Shown here: one piece after another, positions 13,566-26,929 of the stretch
Numbering within the stretch: position 1 is the stretch's first letter
Layout of the letters: every line of letters starts with the position of its first letter
Assembly (NCBI RefSeq): GCF_001194135.2
Contig: NC_068992.1
Coordinates: 55,037,823 to 55,101,822, forward strand
Direction of reading: 5' to 3'
DNA from: Octopus bimaculoides
Taxonomy: Eukaryota
DNA length: 64,000 nt
Made by a program: the position numbers and the translations under genes
The notes under the pieces: generated by a model
What the model was told of the DNA's origin: nothing
What the model saw: the letters and a program-made list of their open reading frames with translations, nothing else
Database searches by the model: none

Positions 13566-13984
13566 CACACATACATGCATACATAGAACATTCACACTTC
13601 TATACACATTTACAGACACGCACGAATTCTAACACATACAGAATACTCCAGGCACTTCTCTCATTTCCACTTGTATAAACATGTAAATAATGAAACTTTG
13701 CAAAAACACCCGAAGACATGTTTCTGCGCCAAAGTAACCTATTTAGATTTCATATAATATAAGTGTGTACTGAAATAAACGATGTTATGGGTGCAGGCAC
13801 TTTCACGTTGTTAATAACCACTCTTTGCAAGTACGTGTTTCTGCGTGTGATCCTTCTGCATGGTATCTTGAGTACATGGTATCTATAATAATTTTAGGTT
13901 GACCAATACGTCGTTGTGAGTGTCAATCGACAGGCGGGAAATGGATTGGAAATATGCTGAATGTATATATGTGTGTGTGTGCGA

Positions 13985-14037
<53 letters not shown>

Positions 14038-14098
14038 ATATAAATAATATATAAATATATGCATATATACATACATATATATGTATATATACATGCAT

Positions 14099-14370
14099 AT
14101 ATGGGTACAAGACCTAAAAAAAACCGTTAAACAATGAGAAACGAAAATATAGAAAACGAACTTTTTTTCGAACAACGAAAAAAACAAACAGAGAAACGAG
14201 ACATGCAACATAAAGAATATATCGCTTCATCAGTTGTCCCTGTTTCATCTACTCCGCGTTTCGAAGGTAAGGACAATACGCGACTTCGTTGAAACAGTCC
14301 TTCCCGCAAAGCAAATTAAATGAAATTTGGGATTTTTTGCGGAGGGTGAAAGTATAAACAAGAACAGGAC
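14099..14370 (-). mobile_element. Penelope-like non-coding (pLTR-type) fragment, partly duplicated at 14866-14943
   Basis: ATGGGTACA(A/G)GAC...AATGAGAAACGAAAA(T/C)ATAGAAAACGAAC occurs twice; the minus strand carries CGAAAC and CTGATGAAG motifs; abuts (TA)n. Confidence 0.45.
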
Positions 14371-14647
14371 AGTGAGAACAAGACAGTAAAAACAAACAGT
14401 GAGGGCTGATGAACCAAGACGATAGAAAAATTATTATGAACGCTAGGAGGACGTGCCATGAGAGGAGACAGGCAAAGGGCACGTCTTATCTTTAGGAAGG
14501 AAATAGACAGAAAGATAGATCCCCTTCCGTCACGTGACAGCGACGAGAGAGTCAAGGAGGAAGAGTGAAAGAGAGAACGGTGAAGGGGAGAGGAGAAGAA
14601 TAGGGAAAGGGTGGGAGAGAAAAAAGAAAGGATGAAGAACAAGAGAG

Positions 14648-14725
14648 GGAGAGAGATAGACAGAGAAGAGATAGAGATAGACAGAGAAGAGATAGAGATA
14701 GACAGAGAAGAGATAGAGATAGAAG
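14648..14725. repeat. GA-rich minisatellite, ~22-bp unit x3
   Basis: GATAGACAGAGAAGAGATAGA repeated three times. Confidence 0.9.
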
Positions 14726-15672
14726 AAGAGTGCGCATCGTAATTATTACGATAAAACTTATTTGGAAAAGGGTGCGTGGCGTTCGATCATATAGTAATAA
14801 ATAAGAAATATATGCATATATACATATATGTACATACCTACATATATATGTATATATACATGCATACATGGGTACAGGACATCAAAAAAACGTTAAACAC
14901 AATGAGAAACGAAAACATAGAAAACGAACATTTTTCGAACAAACTTACATACATACATACATACATACATGCATAAACACATACACGCATGCATGCACAC
15001 AGACAAACAGACAGATAGATATAATTAGTTAAGAGATATAACTCAGAGAAATAGGCTGGAAATATGCGTCCACAGGTATTATTTTCCCTTCTGATATGGA
15101 GCTGGTCTTAATTGCTATTTGGGAGATAATGCTAATAAGTCAAGATTTTATATTGTACTGTATTTGATACACCTCTATTTATTCTATGTTCAAATACATG
15201 TCACGTGTCATTCTGAAATATTTCTGCTGGTACGCTTTAGTTTAAATTGGACAACTTCCTTAGACCATAAATGTGTTCTAGTCTCTTTCATATAAGACTT
15301 AGTCCCTTGACTTCTATGGAGATAAGAACAACTGCCGTGCTAATGAGGGCTATTGAGCGAGAAACGCGACTAGGCAACCATTGTCTTGTCTCTAGACAAT
15401 AAACCTGACCTCTTCTTTAACATGTCACCTTTAGAAAATTCTTGATTCTGCAGATTACTTCCACTTCTCATGTAGAGCTTGCTGTAATTGCCATTTGGTA
15501 ATTAAGTAACATCCTTTAGAGGCGGAAATTATTTTAGTAAATCAGGAAATTATCATGTATGGCATTAGACATCCGGTATTTCTGTCTCTCTTTCTCCTTC
15601 TGTTTGTCTGTCTCTCTCTTCTTCTTCTCTCTCTTCCTCCCTCTCATTTTCTCTCTCTTTCTATAAATATAC

Positions 15673-15704
<32 letters not shown>

Positions 15705-16529
15705 NNNNNNNNNNNNNNNNNNNNNNNNNNNNNNNNNNNNNNNNNNNNNNNNNNNNNNNNNNNNNNNNNNNNNNNNNNNNNNNNNNNNNNNNNNNNNNNN
15801 NNNNNNNNNNNNNNNNNNNNNNNNNNNNNNNNNNNNNNNNNNNNNNNNNNNNNNNNNNNNNNNNNNNNNNNNNNNNNNNNNNNNNNNNNNNNNNNNNNNN
15901 NNNNNNNNNNNNNNNNNNNNNNNNNNNNNNNNNNNNNNNNNNNNNNNNNNNNNNNNNNNNNNNNNNNNNNNNNNNNNNNNNNNNNNNNNNNNNNNNNNNN
16001 NNNNNNNNNNNNNNNNNNNNNNNNNNNNNNNNNNNNNNNNNNNNNNNNNNNNNNNNNNNNNNNNNNNNNNNNNNNNNNNNNNNNNNNNNNNNNNNNNNNN
16101 NNNNNNNNNNNNNNNNNNNNNNNNNNNNNNNNNNNNNNNNNNNNNNNNNNNNNNNNNNNNNNNNNNNNNNNNNNNNNNNNNNNNNNNNNNNNNNNNNNNN
16201 NNNNNNNNNNNNNNNNNNNNNNNNNNNNNNNNNNNNNNNNNNNNNNNNNNNNNNNNNNNNNNNNNNNNNNNNNNNNNNNNNNNNNNNNNNNNNNNNNNNN
16301 NNNNNNNNNNNNNNNNNNNNNNNNNNNNNNNNNNNNNNNNNNNNNNNNNNNNNNNNNNNNNNNNNNNNNNNNNNNNNNNNNNNNNNNNNNNNNNNNNNNN
16401 NNNNNNNNNNNNNNNNNNNNNNNNNNNNNNNNNNNNNNNNNNNNNNNNNNNNNNNNNNNNNNNNNNNNNNNNNNNNNNNNNNNNNNNNNNNNNNNNNNNN
16501 NNNNNNATATATATATATATATATATATA

Positions 16530-16815
16530 GGGTGATAAATTGAATATTAATTCAATTTAAAACCAAGTGGCCTAGCATATAAAAAATCTGAAAATTCAGA
16601 AAAAAATGTATTACACGTGTATAAGGGATGTCCACTAGGTTGACATCCAATATGCTAGAAAGAGGTCATCAACGACCCAAACACACAAAAAAAAAATATA
16701 AAAAATAAGGCTCTCCAGAAAAATTTCGCAAAACGCCAGAACAGGACAAAATGAGAAATATACAGAATAAAGAATTATCTATGGACTGCTGCAGTTTCGA
16801 ACATTAACGTTATGC
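16530..16815 (-). mobile_element. Penelope-like fragment with the 3' half of a hammerhead-like motif
   Basis: Minus strand 16811-16784 reads AACGTTAATGTT-CGAAAC-TGCAGCA-GTC (stem II, GAAA, stem III ACTG/CAGT, GUC triplet); the CTGATGA half is missing. Confidence 0.4.
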
Positions 16816-17595
16816 TTACGTAACAACATCCGTGTTCTCAATGTGCCATGCAGTAGGACTGACCTCGGAACCATGTGGTTTGGAAGCAAGCTTCTTACCA
16901 CACAGCGATGTATCTATATTCATCACAATTCACTCATACACACACACACACACACATGTATATAATTACAAATGCACATATAACGACTCACACAAGTATT
17001 TGCTTATATATTTGCATATAAATAGTTGAATAGATGGATACATATCGGAAATGCATTTTCTAATGCTTCTCAATTCAGAACATTCCGAAATTGTTCCTTA
17101 TAGCGATTTTACGATTGTTTTGAGGAAAAGAAAATCTGAAAAACACGCTGACCACATGCTCTAACAGGCAAGGAAGTAGGGATACATAGAAAAGAAGAAG
17201 AATTGTGAGAGTTAAAGCAAAACAAATGGAATAAGAATTCCTGCCTTAAGAACGTAAAGAATGCATTGGTCCATTTAAAATATTCCTATTGCTTCTCCTG
17301 GCATTGAAATTTGTAGAGTTATGAAGCGAACAGGAATTATAATTCATCGATATCTGAAAACCTTCGGGGAGAGGTTAGATAAGAGTAGCTAACATTAACT
17401 TTCAGTTTTACGTTTACGAAAGTTTCAAGTGATTCCCATTACAAACTTACGTCAATCCTTTAGGTCAAGAAAATGATAGACTGATTCAAATAGCATTCAT
17501 TTATATGAATAGCAAAACGATTTCATGCGGCATAACTTATATTACAATGTAACTAAGATGTTACTGCGTAAGATACGTATACAAACATATCTACC

Positions 17596-17805
17596 TACGA
17601 GGGGATCACCGGCTTTAAGGCTACCGCGAAAGGCCTGGTTGGTGGTCCAGCCTTCCGGGTTCTTTTGCAGGTCTTAGAAAAGACTGAAGGGCACCGCTGC
17701 AATAAGTGTGTGAGGGGAATATGTTGAATAAAAAATATTATAATTAACTAATCCTCCTGTGTTTTCTTTTACCCAAAGCTAGGAAATTTTCAGCACACCC
17801 TCGTA
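17596..17805. mobile_element. Mariner-derived MITE
   Basis: Starts TACGAGGGG and ends CAGCACACCCTCGTA (revcomp TACGAGGGTGTGCTG); TA at both ends; left TIR partly deleted. Confidence 0.75.
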
Positions 17806-17819
17806 CATACGTATATATA

Positions 17820-18107
17820 CATTTACTTGTTTCAGTAATTGGACAGTGATTCTGCTGGGCACAACCTTGAAGTGTCTAGTTGAATAAACCGACCTTAGTA
17901 AATATTTCCTTTGAGCCTAGTACATAGTGTGTCGGAGTATTTTGCCGAACCGCTTGTCCGGGAGATGTGACTAAACAAACACCGGTTGTCAAGCGATGGG
18001 GGGAGGGGGCTGCAAACATAATATAAACATCAAGACATACAAATATCTATCTATCTAACCAGGATTTGTTGTCAAGCGATGGTGGAGGGACAAACACAAG
18101 CCCACAA
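17820..18107 (-). mobile_element. SINE family C tail, running into an assembly gap
   Basis: CTTGTTTCAGT, TTTGCCGAACCGCT, AACACCGGTTGTCAAGCGATGG (the last motif duplicated). Confidence 0.75.
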
Positions 18108-18604
18108 NNNNNNNNNNNNNNNNNNNNNNNNNNNNNNNNNNNNNNNNNNNNNNNNNNNNNNNNNNNNNNNNNNNNNNNNNNNNNNNNNNNNNNNNNNNNN
18201 NNNNNNNNNNNNNNNNNNNNNNNNNNNNNNNNNNNNNNNNNNNNNNNNNNNNNNNNNNNNNNNNNNNNNNNNNNNNNNNNNNNNNNNNNNNNNNNNNNNN
18301 NNNNNNNNNNNNNNNNNNNNNNNNNNNNNNNNNNNNNNNNNNNNNNNNNNNNNNNNNNNNNNNNNNNNNNNNNNNNNNNNNNNNNNNNNNNNNNNNNNNN
18401 NNNNNNNNNNNNNNNNNNNNNNNNNNNNNNNNNNNNNNNNNNNNNNNNNNNNNNNNNNNNNNNNNNNNNNNNNNNNNNNNNNNNNNNNNNNNNNNNNNNN
18501 NNNNNNNNNNNNNNNNNNNNNNNNNNNNNNNNNNNNNNNNNNNNNNNNNNNNNNNNNNNNNNNNNNNNNNNNNNNNNNNNNNNNNNGTAAGAGAGGGAAC
18601 ATAT

Positions 18605-18643
<39 letters not shown>

Positions 18644-18652
18644 AAGAAAGAG

Positions 18653-18695
<43 letters not shown>

Positions 18696-19065
18696 AAAAA
18701 ACAAAGAAGGGAGAAGAATGAAATTGCAATTGTGTGAGTATCATGCAAGACATTTCAGAAACAACATCATCTGTATTTCTGTAACTTTAGAATAAAATTT
18801 TATTAGCATTTTTTTATTCTTCTTTTCCAAATTAAAAATGGAAAATGTTGCGCAAAATATTTTCTTGTTAGAAAGTTCCACGCGAAAGTAATACATTAAT
18901 AAACTATAAAAAAAACTTTCAGTCACAGTTGGTACTGACATATGACGTGAAAAAATCTCTTACAACGTCTCTGTAATGGGTTTTATGTATATTTGCAACA
19001 AACCAATAAAGAAATTTACATGCAAATTCACAAATACACACGCACATAGAACACATGCACGCATG

Positions 19066-19121
<56 letters not shown>

Positions 19122-19232
19122 CCTATCTATCTATCTATCTATCTATATACACACATATACATCAATCGATCTATCTCAAAGTATGTATGAGTGAAGGTGT
19201 ACGAGTGTGTATGAATGTATTAAAATATACAC

Positions 19233-19263
<31 letters not shown>

Positions 19264-19389
19264 CTCACACATATGTAGACACACACAAGCACATATACAT
19301 ACATGCATACATAAATAACATAGGCACATATATACATACATTCATGCATACATAAATAACATAAGCACATATATACAGACATACATGCA

Positions 19390-19423
<34 letters not shown>

Positions 19424-19654
19424 ATTATAATTAAGGGTATCAAAAGAGATACCATCATGCTAGATATAGCAGTCAAAGCCTGACTCTAAAGCCACATCAT
19501 GTACTCATACAGCACAGATGAAAAGATAAATGTATAAATAAACTAGCAAAAGATTGATTATAATTTTAATAATAATAATTACCTGTAAGTTTTTTTCCAA
19601 GCTGGCCACTCGATATGATCATTAATTTAAATAACGGTCTTATCCCTTTGATTG

Positions 19655-19713
<59 letters not shown>

Positions 19714-19716
<3 letters not shown>

Positions 19717-20460
19717 ATTATGGACCATTCGAAATCATATTTTATTTTTTCTTCTTTTAATTTCCATATTAAGTCCGCTAGTGATGTTGCGTGTCGCCGG
19801 TTGATCTTTCAGAATGAGGAGATATGGTTCCGATAACGGACCTTGAACTGAATTTTGGAGGCCCCTATATATGCATATTTATGTTGTCGTATGCTAATTG
19901 TGCATTTATATATGATGTAAAAATTACACGCATTTATTCTTAGGCAGACATGTATATTTATTGCAACAGCTACAATTATTTGCACTGTTATTATTATCTT
20001 TGTTGCCATTTGGCGACTTTTAGTTTTTGTTTCTGTGATCTTCCAACTAATTTGGAATGTATGCAGTGTTCTTAACATTATTGTTCGTTTTGTTGTTTCT
20101 TTTCTGTTTTTGTTTGGCTCCTGCAATAATTGTCGGGGTTGCTTTTGTGATCCCTGTTGTGATTGCTTTTATTATTATTCCTATTCACTGTGTTGTTTTG
20201 TTCTGTTTGTTCCGTGTTTGCGATCGTTGTTTCCATGTATATTTTGGTATTGTTGTATTTGTGTATGTAGGACTCCATGTTATTGGAAGGGGCCTACGAT
20301 ACTTTCACCGTGTGCTTGTTGAAGATACGGTGATATTTCTGCGATCTAGGGAAGCACTTATCTAACGCTGTAAGGAATTCTTTACTTGTTTTCGAGGATG
20401 CTTGCGATCCGAAAACTGAGAAGCCCCATAACCCCGGAGTTTCTGTAGTTTTTGCTTGGT
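19714..20460 (-). pseudogene. Penelope-like element ORF C-terminus (linker, Cys motif, GIY-YIG endonuclease), decayed
   Basis: Minus strand reads EFLTALDKCFPRSQKYHRIFNKHTVKVS*...NNCSCCNKYTCLPKNKCV...IIYKCTI...YIGASKIQFKVRYRNHISSF*...HATSLADLIWKLKEEKIKYDFEWSII, the canonical PLE GIY-YIG architecture with stops and frameshifts. Confidence 0.9.
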
Positions 20461-21119
20461 TCGTTTATCCTATTTTGTTTGTTGTCGTTATTTTTGTTAT
20501 TCTTTCGAATTTTGTTTATTCTTTTCCATTGTTTCCATTCTCGTGTTTGTGTATTTCTACACTTATACATACACACACACGCACTCACACACACGCATGC
20601 ACGTACACACGCACGCATACACACACACACGCACCCCCACCCCCCACAAATTTATAAACAAACCTGAAGTTAATATAAAAGACCTATGTGGTCGCTCTTC
20701 TTTGCTTACAAATTCATAGATACATACACTAGACTAAAAATACCTATGTATTAAATTTGACTGAAATTGATGGATGGGCTTGAAAACCGGTTACAGATGC
20801 CACCAGTATCAAAGAGGCTAATATTAAGAACCCCAGTGAATAACATCGATGGAGCATTTTCTGTATGTTTGTGGGCAAGTGCTTACCATTAATAATAAAA
20901 TGATTTATCTATGCTTGACCGGGAGTTAAAAGACAACTACGGCGCAAGCAATATATTTTATCTTGGATTTGTGGTTTGTTGGTTGTATTCATTGGTAAAA
21001 GCAGCTATTGTAATACGTATGCTACTAGATCTTGCTAGATTGTAGTATCTGTACTATCCTATATGTGAATGTGAATTTCTTGGTTTGAGTGTCTACTGTG
21101 CATTGGTGTATAAGGACGC

Positions 21120-21560
21120 ATAGTTCTGCGAGAAAAAGTTAGCTGTCATGAGAAATGAAAGTCATCTGAACATTGGAAAAGAGATAGCTATATCATGAAG
21201 AATCACGGTGGATATCTAATTTCCGACATCATGATTGCTGCTCAATGGTCTGTCAACTTTGTAAAGGTTGTAGGACGAGACGTGCTGCAATAGAGATTAC
21301 GAAGCTGTGACCAGCAGGAAGGGACATAGCAAGCGTTCTGACTGTGTCAGCACGCCAGATTTTATTCCCACATCTTTGAACAGGGCCTTGTCCGATGGAG
21401 AAGGTTGTTGCTGGAAGGCTATATGCGTTACAATGCCTCCGAAAAAATAGACAGAAATGGTTATCAGAGAATTTCTAAGACTTCATCAGCCTAAATTTCT
21501 GGTCTCCTAATTCTGCGATTATAATTCCACTTATCACTATGTTCTGCTTGAAGCACCAAA
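21120..21560 (+). pseudogene. Internally deleted Tc1/mariner (maT/DD37D-like) transposase remnant
   Basis: DYEAVTSRKGHSKRSDCVSTPDF N-terminal piece, then MEKVVAGR..Y, QKWLSENF*DFISLNFWSPNS; same family type as 60080-60610. Confidence 0.7.
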
Positions 21561-22489
21561 NNNNNNNNNNNNNNNNNNNNNNNNNNNNNNNNNNNNNNNN
21601 NNNNNNNNNNNNNNNNNNNNNNNNNNNNNNNNNNNNNNNNNNNNNNNNNNNNNNNNNNNNNNNNNNNNNNNNNNNNNNNNNNNNNNNNNNNNNNNNNNNN
21701 NNNNNNNNNNNNNNNNNNNNNNNNNNNNNNNNNNNNNNNNNNNNNNNNNNNNNNNNNNNNNNNNNNNNNNNNNNNNNNNNNNNNNNNNNNNNNNNNNNNN
21801 NNNNNNNNNNNNNNNNNNNNNNNNNNNNNNNNNNNNNNNNNNNNNNNNNNNNNNNNNNNNNNNNNNNNNNNNNNNNNNNNNNNNNNNNNNNNNNNNNNNN
21901 NNNNNNNNNNNNNNNNNNNNNNNNNNNNNNNNNNNNNNNCACGCATACATGGATATATAGTTACAGATAATTATTTTTATAGACGTTTGGAAAAAAGTAC
22001 ATAATACAATGTAGCTCATGTTTACACATATTCATACATATATAAATATATAAAATACACACACACACACATATACATTCATACAAGCATGCATGCATAC
22101 ATACAAGCACACACACACATATATATATATGCATATACATGATTGATTTCGTATCATAATCGGTTAGTTAAGCACAATTCATTTATGTTATGTTTACAAT
22201 TTTCGATACGAACCACGTTCACAGTGATTCTGTACAAACTCTTTGACTCTGAATTGCAATTAAGATATTTTCCTGAAATATGAGACTGTTGGACGCTAGG
22301 TTGTCGGCATATTCATAACAAGAAAATTTGCGTCTTTTAACTTCCATCACTAAATGTTTTGACAAGGTCATTTAAAATCCATGAAAGAGATGTTGAGGGT
22401 ATATCGTGTTTCGCTTTCTCGACAAGTGTATTAGGATGTTAAACGATGTAAACGCTTACCATTTTTACATTTGATAACGTAGATGTCTG

Positions 22490-22850
22490 TTTATTGGTTT
22501 TTGTCATCGGACTGCGGACATTCTGGAGCACAGTCTTGAAAGATTTAATCGAACAAATCGAGCTAAGTACTTTTTTTTTTTTTTTTGTGAGTGATACTTA
22601 TTCTACCGGTCTCTTTTGCTGATCCGCTATGCTACTGGGACGTAAAAGAACTAACACCAGTTGGCCAGCGGTGGTGGGTGAGAAACCCAACACAAACGCA
22701 CATACACATACACACATACATACACATGCACATACACACACGCACATAAACACGCACACACGTGCGCGCATACACACGTGCGCGCATACACACGCACACG
22801 CACTCACACACACACACATTTAAACACACCGCGCTTCTTTAAGTTTTCGT
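22490..22850 (-). mobile_element. SINE family C (tail plus internal microsatellite)
   Basis: CGGACTGCGGACATTCTGGAGCAC, TACTTTATTCTACCGGTCTCTTTTGC, followed by a (CA)n-rich tract. Confidence 0.75.
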
Positions 22851-24154
22851 TATCAGTAGTTGGAAATATGTTTTGTATTTCCACTACTGTCTAATAAAGT
22901 GGTGAGGATACAAAATGGATACATCTTCAATTTTATGTTCAGGCTAAGGATTTTACCCTCTCAGACATCCGTTGTCAGAGTTGGGGCGTTAGCGATTCGT
23001 GCATTAATCTCAGATTTTAGAGAGAAGCTACTAGTTTTCACTCTGACATCTGAACTTGGTGGCCGTCTTGAGCGCGGAACCACCAATAGAAATGGAAGAA
23101 GGATGAGCCACAACTTGAGTTACAAACTGTTTTCTCATCACTAAATGTTAGGGGGAACTGTATAAATGCATTGGATAATGAATCCATGACGAACATCCCA
23201 TTTTCCGTTATTTATCTCTCTGTTTGATTATCGCTCTATCTGTCATCTGTCTCTCTCTCTGTCTCTCAGCCACTCCGTCTCTCCCTCTCTATTTCTCTCA
23301 CTTCCTCTCTGTTTTCATTCTGTGTTATCTTTTTTAGTGTAAAACAATCGAAACTAAATGTAAATGTGAATTAACGTTACAAAATGTATTACTTCGTTAA
23401 GATGTGATATTGAATTAGAAAATGAATTGATTCTAGCAATATATTAGATGCTACGTTTTATTGGCATAATAATGTTAACGTCAGAATGGTGTTCAATATC
23501 TGGGGGGGGGGGAGAGGGAAAGAGGAAAGAAAATTAATTAAAATGTATGTACATTTAAGCTTCCAAATATATCAGGGATAACATAATTCATGTGACTGAT
23601 ATTAAAATATATATCGTATCAGATTGTAGGTAAATATTCAATATTTCATATGTTACTATTATCAGAGGTAAAAGGGGCTTTATAATCATACATATTTAAT
23701 TTACATTAGCATCGTGTAATGTGGCTTACGTAAAATAAACAAAATCCTACAGAATAAAGGAAACGGCGAAAAATATGCGTGATATATACGTTTTGACAGA
23801 ATATCTAAGAGAATAAATCTACATGAATTAATATCACAGTGTGCTTAGCTTCGTTAAGAAGAGGCTAAATATTAGTTTAAGCTTTGAGTTAGAAACAGCT
23901 CTAATACTGTAAACATTAATGATGTGAGATACTTAACGTATGTGTTTTGTTTGAACACTTACATGCTGCGGTAGTTCGTCCAGAGAAAGTCCCTTTAAGA
24001 CAAAGCGTGTTCAAAAAAAAAACACTGTATACCACCAAACCAGACTAAACAAATCACCGTTTAGATAAATGAATACGGTAGACAGAGATATTTTGCTGTT
24101 ATTTCAATCCATCAATACTTCAGTTTTACTTTTGTGGAGTGCTGTTGTACATCG

Positions 24155-24540
24155 TTGTTGTTGGCACTCCGTCGGTTACGACGTCGAGGGTTCCAGTTGA
24201 TCCGATCAACGGAACAGCCTGCTCGTGAAATTAACGTGCAAGTGGCTGAGCACTCCACAGACACGTGTACCCTAAACGTAGTTCTCAGGGATATTCAACA
24301 TGACACAGTGTGACAAGGCTGACCCTTTGAATTACAGGCACAACAGAAACAAGAAGTAAGAGTGAGAGAAAGTTGTGGTGAAAGAGTACAGCAGGGTTCG
24401 CCACCATCCCCTGCTGGAGCCTCGTGGAGCTTTAGGTGTTTTTGCTCAATAAACACTCACAACGCCCGGTCTGGGAATCGAAACCGCGATCCTATGACCG
24501 CGAGTCCGCTACCCTAACCACTAGGCCATTGCGCCTCCAC
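24155..24540 (-). mobile_element. Full-length young SINE family A with 13-bp TSD
   Basis: TSD CTGTTGTACATCG at 24142-24154 and 24540-24552; (TTG)n tail; intact tRNA-like head. Confidence 0.95.
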
Positions 24541-24711
24541 TGTTGTACATCGACATATAGACTTTACGCTATGTGCTTATAGCGCAGACCAGCGATTCGA
24601 ATTATAGTCAACTGCTATAAGAGTCAAGAATAATGCTATGAAGAAGCACACGGCAGGTGTTATATAAATATCTTGGTGAGGAGTAATTATAGAGAAATGA
24701 AATTGTTGTAC

Positions 24712-25220
24712 CAGATCCAGAAACGTTAGCACGCCGGACGAAATGCTTAGCGGTATTTCGTCTGCCGTTACGTTCTGTGTTCAAGTTCCGTCGAGGTCGA
24801 CTTTGCCTTTCATCCTTTCGCGGTCGATAAATTAAGTACCAGTTGCGTACTGGGGTCGATCTAATCGACTTTCCCCTTCCCCTAAAATTTCGGGCCGTGT
24901 ACCTAAAGAAGTAAAGACTATAAGTACCGGCTGAATACTGGGTCATTGTAAAAGATTATTCCCTCCCACAAAATTCCTGGCTTTGTGCCTATAGAAGAAA
25001 GGATTATAATTTTTTGTTCGATGTGTCACAAAATCAATAAAACAGTGGACACAATAGTGCCTTTCATCAATTTACTTTCTGAGCAAAAATGTCGCCGAGG
25101 TCAACTTTATCATTCAATATCTCGATGTTCGATAAAATAAATTCCAGTTGAGCACCGGGGTCGATGTAATCAACTTGCTTTCTCCCTTCACAATTATTGG
25201 CTTTGTGTGAAAATTAGAAC
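24712..25220 (+). mobile_element. Three tandem SINE family B copies or fragments
   Basis: GAGGTCGACTTTGCCTTTCATCC...TAAGTACCAG at 24795, a partial copy at 24921-25008, and a third at 25094-25220. Confidence 0.85.
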
Positions 25221-25476
25221 GAGTAGCCATCATCATTACCATCATCATCATCACCGTCGTCATCGTCGTCGTCATCATCGTCGTCGCCATCATTATCATC
25301 ATCATCATTCTCACCATTGTATGTTGAATAGCAGAGTTTTCTTTTTCTTATTTATTCATGGTATGACAAAATCTATAGAATGACATACAAAATGCCTTTC
25401 GTCTATTTACATTCGCCTCTTCATTCCCAAACTTTTCTGACTTCTTGCCAGAACAAAAAGTTATGATTACTACTAC

Positions 25477-25543
<67 letters not shown>

Positions 25544-26179
25544 TGTCGACAACGTCTTCGTCGTTGTTTTGTTTGTGTATATGTGTTTGCGGTGTGTATG
25601 GGTGAGCGCATATGTTTCAACCATACGGCACTAAAAACAAACAAAAATGTTATTTTCATTCTGTGATTGAAATGTCTTCACGGTTAGTTTATCCTGTTTG
25701 TCGTTTGATACTGGCGAAATCTTTGCCATAGACTTACAGTCTAGCTCATTGACAGACACCAGCTGACCTCTGTATATCTCAAGAAAACTATCATCATTCC
25801 GTAGATATTATGTTTCTATCGAAATGGAGAATGTTAATATGACGAGCATCGTTCAAACCATTTGACCGGTAAACTGGAAATTAAAAGAAACGAAAACAGA
25901 ACAAAGCATAATACCGTTCCAGGAAAGCGGAATTGGAATTGGTAGCTCGGCAGAAAAATCACCATACGGTATTGAATTAAGGATACTAAGGTTCAGTGTT
26001 CAAATCCCGTGCAGTTTAATTTTGATACTCATCACCGTCTCTTTCCTCCTCCTCTCTCTCTCTCTCTCCTGTACTATTTCTGGCTTTGTATCAATGTAAG
26101 AATTTTAATTTTTTTTTTAATTTCGAAGTAAGGGTGTTGGTATTGGTAAACCAATAAGCCATATATATATGTATCTTTT

Positions 26180-26530
26180 TCCTTTTACTTGTTTAAAGCC
26201 ACTGTATTCCGGCCATGCTGGGGCACCGCTCCGCTTCGAAGGGTTTTAGTCGAACAAGTCTAATACTTTACTTCGTTTTGAAATTTGGTACTTATTCTAT
26301 TCGTTTCTTTTTCCGAATCGCTAAGTTTCTGGGACGTAAACAAAACGATGTCGGCTGTCAAGCGGTGGGGAGACAAACAACACACACACACAACGTCTTC
26401 CAAATTCACTCACAAAACATTGATCGGCTCCAGTATAGAACACTTGTCCAAGGTGACGCACAATGGGACTGAACCCAAGATCACGTGGTTACAAAGTGAG
26501 CTTCTTAACCACACAGCCATGACTGCACCT
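26180..26530 (-). mobile_element. SINE family C, near full length
   Basis: GGCCATGCTGGGGCACC...GTCAAGCGGTGG...CAAATTCACTCACAA...GGGACTGAACC...CACACAGCCATG-like motifs. Confidence 0.85.
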
Positions 26531-26833
26531 ACGAAGCTGCGCTCCTTTATATTCTTAGTTCAAATCGCGCTTGGGTAAAATTTCTTTAAATCGTTAAGGG
26601 CCAACTAATTATACAGTTGTTAATTTCTGGTACCGACTAAATATCAAGCACTCCTCCTCTTATAAAAATTAATGACTTTCTGTCGTGTTGTGTGTTTAGT
26701 TGTTAGAATTTATGATTTGATGGTTTCAATAGCCGATGAGAACGTTTTAAATTGAGATATAATTTTAAAAATTCCTTTGAAATATGAGGATTTCATTGAT
26801 ATTCATTCAATTGCTCATCTTATATTTAATTGC

Positions 26834-26876
<43 letters not shown>

Positions 26877-26929
26877 ATCATTATTATTATTATTATTCCA
26901 ACACTTAAGGTGGGAAGCTTGCAGAATCG

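Noticed and set aside
15156-15422. Possible solo LTR (TGT...AATAAA...ACA)
   Set aside because: No matching 4-6 bp TSD, PBS or PPT and no second copy; the termini are ambiguous.
14648-19390. CRISPR-like or spacer-containing arrays among the tandem repeats (14648, 19300, 45370)
   Set aside because: The units are simple contiguous minisatellites without unique spacers, in a eukaryotic context.
22250-22460. Minus-strand LNDL...YEYADNLA as a decayed reverse transcriptase
   Set aside because: It needs a frameshift, has YADN instead of YADD and shows no other RT motif.
22860-23200. ORF 22860-23144, or a minus-strand C/D-box snoRNA (GTGATGA...CTGA)
   Set aside because: No recognisable protein similarity, no terminal stem and no identifiable rRNA antisense element.
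24440-24540. tRNA genes (this and other tRNA-like heads)
   Set aside because: Each continues into a shared SINE body and tail and is multi-copy; none shows a complete cloverleaf with a terminator.
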